DNA of 12,518 nucleotides from a virus (Duplodnaviria; Heunggongvirae; Uroviricota; Caudoviricetes): IMG/VR virus record IMGVR_UViG_2526164688_000041; one strand, 5' to 3'. Shown piece by piece: positions 7,649 to 12,518 of this stretch (position 1 is its first letter; each line of letters starts with the position of its first letter). The notes under the pieces were generated by a model. It saw only the letters and a program-made list of their open reading frames with translations, ran no database searches and was not told where the DNA came from. The position numbers and the translations under genes were made by a program.

Positions 7649-7694
7649 AAAAAGAGCGGTACCAGCCGTAAGCAAGTGTACAAACTGGTACCGC
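7645..7694 (-). terminator. Rho-independent terminator on the leftward transcript (10-bp perfect stem, 19-nt loop, UCUUUUU tail)
   Basis: Plus-strand GCGGTACCAG (7656-7665) and CTGGTACCGC (7685-7694) are perfect reverse complements. On the minus-strand RNA the hairpin is followed by UCUUUUUAC (plus 7645-7655). Confidence 0.5.
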
Positions 7695-8117
7695 CAAAGC
7701 AGTGGCTGCTGTGGTGACCGGTGCTGATCTCCGGCTTGCGGTTATTTCAGACTCTCACGGGCGTTTAATTGCCCCGCCGAACAGCTCTTTTCCGCAATAG
7801 CTGCAATGTCTTTCGCGCATCAGCCTGCGCATTCACCACAACGCTGAGAGCACTTAGCCAGTTACGGCACCACACTTTGTCGCGGTTCCATAAATGCCCT
7901 CATCGTTGCACCCTGGTCTCTTCCCAGGCGTCAAACCGAATCGCCACGCTGGTTAGGCGTCTTATCAGCGTCATCATTGACTTGCACATTCCGGCTACCT
8001 GGTTTGTTTGCTCGAGCAAGGAGTGGATTGTCCCCTTTAACGTCACCAGACCGCTAACGACGCATGTGCCATACGCCGTGTTACAACCAAATTTTGTTAG
8101 TACCTTGTTTGTATGTC

Positions 8118-8178
8118 TGGAAAGAAAGATAAAATGAAGTTGCGCATTATGCAAGTGTTTTTATTGCGAGATATGCAA
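8118..8178 (-). promoter_or_regulatory. Candidate pL promoter overlapping two operator dyads (OL): TTGCGCATTATGCAA 8140-8154 and TTGCGAGATATGCAA 8164-8178
   Basis: Two 15-bp TTGC-N7-GCAA dyads sit 24 bp apart. On the minus strand there is a -35 TTGCAT (plus 8149-8154), a 17-bp spacer and a -10 TATCTT (plus 8126-8131). The same dyad recurs at OR. Confidence 0.5.
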
Positions 8179-8190
8179 TTTGGTGGGTGA

Positions 8191-8212
8191 TGAAAAGCCA
8201 CCTTCTGGTGGC
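8191..8212 (-). terminator. Intrinsic terminator 22 nt downstream of the repressor stop codon (stem GCCACC/GGTGGC, loop 4 nt, then UUUUCAU on the minus-strand RNA)
   Basis: Perfect 6-bp GC-rich stem at plus 8197-8202 / 8207-8212. A-run on the plus strand at 8192-8196 corresponds to a U-run on the repressor transcript. Confidence 0.5.
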
Positions 8213-8233
8213 TAATTGATGTTGAGGTAGGGG

Positions 8234-8926
8234 TTAATTGTGTCGCTTAAGGGTTTGTGACTGACTGATTAAGACCTTTCCAAAGACCATAAACCGATGT
8301 TCGTTTTCGCTGGTAATTCCCCATTCGCGGTAAATCTGATTATCAGAAATTACCAGCAGTTTATCAGGTATCATTTGCAGTCGTTTGACGTAAATTTTAT
8401 CATCAAAACCAAATACATATATACCATCCCCATCAAACTGATTGATACTGATATCAACGAAGATGAGATCTCCTGGCTCAATGGTTGGACACATACTGTC
8501 CCCACGAACGTTGATAACTTTAATGTGATTTGCTGGTCGTCCACCAAACATCGATACAGCATTATCAGTTCTGTATTCAATGGCATGAATCACATCAATG
8601 ACATCACCGCCCTGGATAAGGCCATTTCCCGCACTGGCACTGACATCCAGCATTTCAATACGGAATACATCCTTCACCTGCGCAACATCCTCACTAATAC
8701 TGTTTTTACATACAGTATTACTTTTGAGGTCTGAGGTAAAGAGATCAGCAATATCAACACCTAAGCTCCTGGCAATATTACTCAGGGCTTGTTCAGTGAA
8801 TTGTTTCTGCTTACCTGTTTCGAGGCGCGAGATATTCGCCGCATCCACTCCTATTGCTTCAGCGAGATCGGCGATTTTCATGTTCTTCGCCTGGCGAAGT
8901 TGTCTGACTCGATTTCCTATGTTCAT
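8234..8926 (-). CDS. cI: cI-type prophage repressor: N-terminal HTH DNA-binding domain plus C-terminal S24 (LexA-like) autoprotease domain
   Basis: 230 aa. N-terminal HTH (..MKIADLAEAIGVDAANISRLETGK..), an Ala-Gly candidate cleavage site (..SASAGNG..), and C-terminal S24 motifs ..VRGDSMCPTI..GDLIFVD.. (catalytic Ser) and ..IYVKRL.. (catalytic Lys). Divergent from cro with operators in between. No SD upstream of ATG 8926, so the transcript may be leaderless. Confidence 0.9.
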   Translation of the reverse strand: MNIGNRVRQLRQAKNMKIADLAEAIGVDAANISRLETGKQKQFTEQALSNIARSLGVDIADLFTSDLKSNTVCKNSISEDVAQVKDVFRIEMLDVSASAGNGLIQGGDVIDVIHAIEYRTDNAVSMFGGRPANHIKVINVRGDSMCPTIEPGDLIFVDISINQFDGDGIYVFGFDDKIYVKRLQMIPDKLLVISDNQIYREWGITSENEHRFMVFGKVLISQSQTLKRHN

Positions 8927-8946
8927 GCGTTTATTACATTTCTTTA

Positions 8947-9009
8947 TTGCGCGTTAAGCAAATCAACTTGCGCAAAATATTTGCGTGAAATAATATGCTC
9001 ATCACGCAA
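8947..9009. promoter_or_regulatory. OR region: operator dyad TTGCGCGTTAAGCAA (8947-8961), palindrome TTGCGCAA (8968-8975), inverted pair TTGCGTGA/TCACGCAA (8981-8988 / 9002-9009); candidate pR -35 TTGCGC (8968-8973) and -10 TAATAT (8991-8996)
   Basis: Read directly from the 97-bp cI-cro intergenic region. The dyad matches the two OL copies. The pR candidate has a 17-bp spacer and sits about 28 bp upstream of the cro ATG. Confidence 0.5.
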
Positions 9010-9023
9010 TATGTGGAGGTTAT

Positions 9024-9284
9024 ATGCAATCACCATTACGGAATGTGCGTAAGGCGCACGGATTTACTTTGCAGCATGTTGCTGCGGGCGTTCAGGTCAA
9101 TCCAGCGACGCTGAGTCGTATTGAAAGACAGGAACAAATTCCATCTATCGATCTTGCAGAACGTCTGGCCAATTTTTTTAAGGGTGAAATCAGCGAAATG
9201 CAGATTCTTTATCCGGCACGTTTTCAATCTAGCCAAAACCAGAATGGGTTTAAACCACAGGAACAGGAGGTAAGCCGTGGGTAA
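9024..9284 (+). CDS. cro: Cro-like small HTH transcriptional regulator (XRE family)
   Basis: 86 aa, ATG at 9024 with GGAGG SD. HTH segment ..GFTLQHVAAGVQVNPATLSRIERQEQIPS.. Divergently transcribed from the repressor across the operator region. Confidence 0.8.
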   Translation: MQSPLRNVRKAHGFTLQHVAAGVQVNPATLSRIERQEQIPSIDLAERLANFFKGEISEMQILYPARFQSSQNQNGFKPQEQEVSRG

Positions 9285-9828
9285 GCATCACTGGAAAGTG
9301 GAAAAACAACCTGAGTGGTACGTGAAAGCTGTCAGAAAAACTATCGCGGCGTTGCCGGGAGGTTACGCTGAAGCTGCTGAGTGGCTGGATGTAACAGAGA
9401 ACGCTTTATTCAACCGCCTTCGTGCAGATGGCGATCAGATTTTCCCGCTGGGATGGGCAATGATTTTACAGCGCGCGGCTGGCACTCACTACATTGCGGA
9501 TGCTGTCGCACAGTCTGCTGGTGGGGTGTTTGTATCGCTTCCTGAAATTGAGGAAGTAGAGAACGCCGATATAAACCAGCGCCTGCTGGAAGCCATCGAA
9601 CAGATCGGGAGTTACTCAAAGCAGATTCGTTCGGCAATCGAAGATGGGGTAGTGGAGCCACACGAGCAGACAGCAATTAATGATGAGTTGTATCTGTCAA
9701 TTTCGAAGCTCCAGGAGCATGCAGCACTGGTCTACAAAATCTTTTGCGCTCCAGAAAAGAGTGACGCCCGCGAGTGTGCAGCTCCGGGCGTCGTGGCGTT
9801 TTGTGTCTGTGGAGAAACTAACGCATGA
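9277..9828 (+). CDS. CII-like / YdaT-like regulator (lysogeny-establishment position), function uncertain
   Basis: 183 aa. GTG start at 9277 with GGAGG SD 6 nt upstream, overlapping the cro stop by 8 nt. It occupies the position right after cro, where Rac/CP-933-type prophages carry ydaT (a CII functional analogue, from memory). Putative DNA-binding segment ..YAEAAEWLDVTENALFNRL.. Confidence 0.55.
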   Translation: MGKHHWKVEKQPEWYVKAVRKTIAALPGGYAEAAEWLDVTENALFNRLRADGDQIFPLGWAMILQRAAGTHYIADAVAQSAGGVFVSLPEIEEVENADINQRLLEAIEQIGSYSKQIRSAIEDGVVEPHEQTAINDELYLSISKLQEHAALVYKIFCAPEKSDARECAAPGVVAFCVCGETNA

Positions 9829-9973
9829 ACAGTTTAACGGCAAATAACCGTTTGTCGCAACAGCTGGTGGTCAGCGTCGCTGAACACCTGTTGTTACGGC
9901 ATGAATGCAGATTACCAAATCACCTGGCTGTAAGTAACCACAGAGAACTTTACCTGACTGTGGGGGGCGAGTT

Positions 9974-10153
9974 GTGCAGGAACTTAACCGCTGGTTTCGT
10001 GACGGAAGAGGGCTTTATGTCCATGTTATTCGTTGGGAGCCAGAAACACAGCGCGTTATCTATCTTCGCAAAGACTACCCGCATGAGTGCTTTAGTCCTT
10101 TGTGGAAATTCAGGCGTGATTTTGTTGAGTGTGAAGGACCACCAGCATATTGA
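9974..10153 (+). CDS. Candidate small protein (59 aa) in a frame different from the long 9825..10970 ORF
   Basis: Manual translation from GTG 9974 to TGA 10151-10153: MQELNRWFRDGRGLYVHVIRWEPETQRVIYLRKDYPHECFSPLWKFRRDFVECEGPPAY. Protein-like composition; a G-run precedes the GTG. Below the ORF-track cutoff and unverified. Confidence 0.3.
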   Translation: MQELNRWFRDGRGLYVHVIRWEPETQRVIYLRKDYPHECFSPLWKFRRDFVECEGPPAY

Positions 10154-10238
10154 TTCTGCAATTCCGGGACGTTACACTGCTCAGGCACCTTATAAAGCGG
10201 GTGCCGGGATTGGCGTCCTGAAATTCGCACATGCGCAT

Positions 10239-10261
10239 AACCGCGCTTCAGCGGTTTTTTT
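10239..10261 (+). terminator. Terminator-like hairpin (AACCGC-GCTTCA-GCGGTT followed by a T7 run) between the CII-like gene and Rha
   Basis: 6-bp stem with a 6-nt loop followed by TTTTTTT, flanked by the inverted pair GCGCA / TGCGC. Position is analogous to a tR-type terminator. Confidence 0.45.
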
Positions 10262-10424
10262 GCGCACGTTTCCTCACATCCAAATTATGGTGGGGCGTGC
10301 AGGGGCATCGAAAGATGCGCCGGGGTCATGTGCGACCGGTTACGCCAACCCTGTACGTCTCACCACCTCTGTGATTGGCGTCCCATGTGGTGAGTTTTCA
10401 AAATTCGCACATGAGGATGTCACT

Positions 10425-10970
10425 ATGGCAACCACCCCTACCCAAACTCACCCTAAAATTGATGTTATCCATGGGAAGGCTGTTACCTCTTCTTTGGCCG
10501 TTGCCGAATATTTCTGCAAGCAGCACAAAAACGTTATTCAAAAAATCCAGACGCTTGAGTGCTCTGTTGAATTCACTGAGCTGAATTTTCAGCCCAGTGA
10601 TTACACCGATTGCACAGGCCGCAAACTCCCTTGTTACCAAATCACCCGCGACGGTTTTGCGTTTCTTGCCATGGGCTTCACGGGTAAACGTGCTGCCCAG
10701 TTCAAAGAGGCATACATCAATGCCTTTAACCAGATGGAGAAACAGCTTTCAAATCCCTCTGTACTGAGCGACGTTGCACATAACGCCAGCGTTCTCTATT
10801 CCTACATTTCATCAATTCATCAGGTCTGGCTGCAGCAGCTTTATCCTATGTTGGCAAAAGCCGAATCTCCGCTGGCTGTTAGCTTGTATGACTATATTAA
10901 TGATGCTTCGGCACTGGCCTGCCTCATAAATTTGTCGCTGAACCCTTCAGAGGTAAGGGGGCGCAAATGA
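10425..10970 (+). CDS. Rha-family phage regulatory protein
   Basis: ATG at 10425 with a GAGGA SD 7 nt upstream gives a 181-aa protein whose N-terminus (..IDVIHGKAVTSSLAVAEYFCKQHKNVIQKIQ..YQITRDGFAFLAMGFTGKRAAQFKEAYINAF..) matches the Rha (Phage_pRha) domain from memory. The 200-codon upstream extension in the ORF track is not supported (see findings). Confidence 0.8.
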   Translation: MATTPTQTHPKIDVIHGKAVTSSLAVAEYFCKQHKNVIQKIQTLECSVEFTELNFQPSDYTDCTGRKLPCYQITRDGFAFLAMGFTGKRAAQFKEAYINAFNQMEKQLSNPSVLSDVAHNASVLYSYISSIHQVWLQQLYPMLAKAESPLAVSLYDYINDASALACLINLSLNPSEVRGRK

Positions 10971-11191
10971 TCCGGAATATTTTCAAACGGTTTACCAATC
11001 AGACTTTCCGTTGTCCTCGTCCGGGTCAGTGGTACACCACACCTGCAGGGCATGTTCTACGTGTTAGCCTGGTTGACCGTGAATGTCAGAAGGTGATTTG
11101 TGAACCGCTGGGCCGTAATTACCGCGTCAGTATGCCGCTTATAGCCTTTCGCTCCGGAAAAAACATGAAGCATCTCGGAGGTGCAGCATGA
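10967..11191 (+). CDS. Small hypothetical phage protein (74 aa)
   Basis: ATG at 10967 overlaps the Rha stop (ATGA) and its own stop overlaps the next ATG (ATGA), indicating translational coupling within the operon. No family recognised. Confidence 0.45.
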   Translation: MIRNIFKRFTNQTFRCPRPGQWYTTPAGHVLRVSLVDRECQKVICEPLGRNYRVSMPLIAFRSGKNMKHLGGAA

Positions 11192-12027
11192 GTATGGAGC
11201 TGATGGTTAAAGCGATGAAAATTCGAGTGGGTAATCCATTGCGAAAACTGGTTCTGATCAAGCTGGCTGATAATGCCAGCGATCAGGGTGAGTGCTGGCC
11301 CAGCTACCAGCATATTGCTGACCAGTGCGAGATTAGCAAACGTTCTGTGATGAATCATATTGCGGCCCTTTGTGAGTCCGGGCTGGTAAAAAAAGTCACC
11401 CGGAAAGGTGAAAAAGGTAACTCAAGTAATATCTATCTCCTTCATCTTGATGGTGCAGGAGATTCACTAGGGAGTAGTGCAAATAATTCACTATCTGGTG
11501 CAGCAAATTCACCAGGTAGTGCAGGAGTTGCACTAGGTAGTGCAGGAGTTGCACCAGGGGGTAGTGCAGGAGATTCACCCAGAACCAGTCACTCTTTTGA
11601 ACCAGTCAAAGAACCAGTCAATGAACCAATAGCTGTTGGTGCATCTGCTGATGAGTCTGTGCGAGTTCGTTCAAACCGACCGGAATACTCTCCAGAGTTT
11701 GAGCAGGCATGGCTGGCATATCCCAAACGTGCTGGTGGCAATTCAAAATCTGCAGCCTTCAAAGCCTGGAAAGCCCGTTTGAATGAGGGGGTAAACCCCG
11801 AAACCATGCTGGAAGGTGTGAAACGCTACGCGGGCTGGGTATCTGCGATGGGTAACAGCGGCACACAATTTGTGAAACAGGCTGTCACGTTCTTTGGTCC
11901 GGATCGTCATTTCGAAGAATCCTGGGAAGTTCCTGCGGTATCTGTAGCCGGACGTGAGGACCCGTACTTCAAAGCCAGTTACGACAACGTGGACTACAGC
12001 CAGATCCCGGCAGGATTCAGGGGGTGA
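11188..12027 (+). CDS. Putative replication initiator: N-terminal winged-helix (HTH_36-like), Gly/Ser-rich repeat linker, conserved C-terminal domain (YdaU/DUF1376-like)
   Basis: 279 aa, ATG at 11188 with GGAGG SD. N-terminus ..LVLIKLADNASDQGECWPSYQHIADQCEISKRSVMNHIAALCESGLV.. is typical of phage replication-initiator HTH domains. C-terminus ..AWLAYPKRAGGNSKSAAFKAWKARL.. resembles the conserved domain of prophage replication proteins. The linker is encoded by tandem DNA repeats. Confidence 0.7.
   Translation: MSMELMVKAMKIRVGNPLRKLVLIKLADNASDQGECWPSYQHIADQCEISKRSVMNHIAALCESGLVKKVTRKGEKGNSSNIYLLHLDGAGDSLGSSANNSLSGAANSPGSAGVALGSAGVAPGGSAGDSPRTSHSFEPVKEPVNEPIAVGASADESVRVRSNRPEYSPEFEQAWLAYPKRAGGNSKSAAFKAWKARLNEGVNPETMLEGVKRYAGWVSAMGNSGTQFVKQAVTFFGPDRHFEESWEVPAVSVAGREDPYFKASYDNVDYSQIPAGFRG
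11515..11556 (+). repeat. Two perfect tandem copies of a 21-bp unit GGTAGTGCAGGAGTTGCAC(T/C)A inside the replication gene, with degenerate copies on each side (about 11452-11580)
   Basis: Read directly from sequence; encodes GSAGVAL/GSAGVAP within a Gly/Ser/Ala-rich linker. A second repeat family, GAACCAGTCA(A/C), occurs three times, starting at 11582, 11599 and 11611, with a degenerate copy GAACCAAT at 11623. Confidence 0.8.
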
Positions 12028-12029
12028 TC

Positions 12030-12518
12030 ATGAGTCTTTTGAATGACGTTCAGAAATTCATTGAAGCCCATCCGGGGTGTACTTCCGGAGACATTGCGGA
12101 TGCTTTTGCAGGTTACTCACGGCAGCGCGTTCTGCGGTCAGCAAGCAAGTTACGTCAGAGCGGGCGTGTGGCTCACCGTTGTGAAGGAGATACACGCAGA
12201 CATTTCCCGCGCCTGACTGAGAGAGCGCAGGAACCGGAACCACAACCAGTTCGAGAAACCAGACCTGTGCGCAATTTCTATGTCGGCACTAACGATCCAC
12301 GGGTGATTTTGTGCCTGACCCGCCAGGCGGAAGAACTGGAGTCCAGGGGCTTATACCGTCGTGCTGCAACGGTGTGGATGGCGGCATTCCGTGAAAGCCA
12401 CTCCCAGCAAGAGCGAAACAATTTTCTGGCGCGTCGTGAGCGGTGCTTACGGAAAAGCAGCAAGCGCGCTGCATCGGGTGAAGAGTGGTATCTGTCAGGG
12501 AATTACGTGGGGGCTTAA
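12030..12518 (+). CDS. PerC-like transcriptional regulator with an N-terminal PapI/FaeA-like winged-helix extension
   Basis: ATG at 12030 (the ORF-track GTG at 12024 overlaps the upstream stop). C-terminal ..AEELESRGLYRRAATVWMAAF..RRERCLRK.. matches the PerC-family signature as I recall it. N-terminal ..GCTSGDIADAFAGYSRQRVLRSASKLRQSGRV.. resembles PapI/FaeA-type winged helices. The stop TAA is the last three bases of the window. Confidence 0.5.
   Translation: MSLLNDVQKFIEAHPGCTSGDIADAFAGYSRQRVLRSASKLRQSGRVAHRCEGDTRRHFPRLTERAQEPEPQPVRETRPVRNFYVGTNDPRVILCLTRQAEELESRGLYRRAATVWMAAFRESHSQQERNNFLARRERCLRKSSKRAASGEEWYLSGNYVGA

Larger units (their letters stand above)
337..12518. mobile_element. Lambdoid (Rac/CP-933-like) prophage: attL-proximal integrase through immunity and replication region; right end lies outside the window
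   Basis: Canonical gene order int-xis-early-left genes / cI-like repressor / cro-like / CII-like / Rha / replication protein, with divergent transcription around the repressor and operator dyads on both sides. The left boundary is inferred from the abrupt end of the usher reading frame at 337-339; the candidate attL junction is 337-386. Confidence 0.85.

Noticed and set aside
7512-7697. 62-codon N-terminal extension of the yfdP-like ORF (track ORF 7149..7697)
   Set aside because: The extension starts at TTG, runs through the terminator and the long inverted repeat, and lacks an SD. ATG 7511 has a GAGGAG SD at ideal spacing.
7769-8137. Plus-strand 122-aa ORF in the pL leader region
   Set aside because: Starts at TTG, contains no internal Met, has odd composition (Arg/Ser/Thr/Cys-rich), runs antisense to the leftward transcript and ends next to the operator dyads. 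Treated as non-coding.
7900-8154. Minus-strand 84-aa ORF that could have been an N-like antiterminator
   Set aside because: Its only start is a TTG lying inside operator dyad 1 and the putative pL -35. The first in-frame ATG (7989) leaves just 29 aa (MCKSMMTLIRRLTSVAIRFDAWEETRVQR), with no recognisable N-type arginine-rich motif. Kept only as a remote micro-peptide possibility in the leader finding.
8927-9023. Strong SD-led translation start for the repressor
   Set aside because: No SD-like sequence precedes ATG 8926. Rather than moving the start to an internal Met, I kept 8926 and note that the repressor mRNA may be leaderless (as for lambda cI from pRM); unverified.
9825-10424. 200-codon N-terminal extension that would make Rha a 381-aa protein
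   Set aside because: The Rha domain begins exactly at Met 10425, which has its own strong SD. The extension has odd composition and contains a T7-tailed hairpin. Flagged as ambiguous rather than annotated.
11396-11578. Minus-strand 60-aa ORF with LLHYLVQLLHYLV repeats, and a possible CRISPR-like array
   Set aside because: The periodicity is the antisense image of the in-frame tandem repeats encoding the Gly/Ser linker of the replication protein. Repeats are contiguous without unique spacers, so this is not a CRISPR array or a separate gene.

Overview
The window is the left arm, immunity region and start of the replication region of a lambdoid (Rac/CP-933-like) prophage. It begins with the first 112 codons of a fimbrial usher gene that I read as fimD, which stop exactly where phage DNA starts, so the prophage appears to be inserted inside fimD. 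A leftward (minus-strand) block follows: integrase, excisionase, two small ORFs, a DUF551-type protein, a PD-(D/E)xK nuclease-like protein, three tandem mosaic Ead/Ea22-like genes, an HD-domain YfdR-like protein, a YfdQ-like protein and a YfdP-like protein. Then comes about 0.6 kb with no convincing gene but a clear intrinsic terminator and a long structured inverted repeat, followed by a LexA-like (S24) cI-type repressor flanked by three copies of a TTGC-N7-GCAA operator dyad. The rightward block holds a Cro-like HTH protein, a CII/YdaT-like regulator, an ambiguous region with a terminator-like hairpin, a Rha-family protein, a small ORF, a replication-initiator-like protein with in-frame tandem repeats, and a PerC-like regulator. 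I found no rRNA, tRNA or CRISPR array. All family assignments are from reading the translations and from memory, not from database searches. The most unusual signal is the ORF-poor, highly structured leader where lambdoid phages normally carry N.
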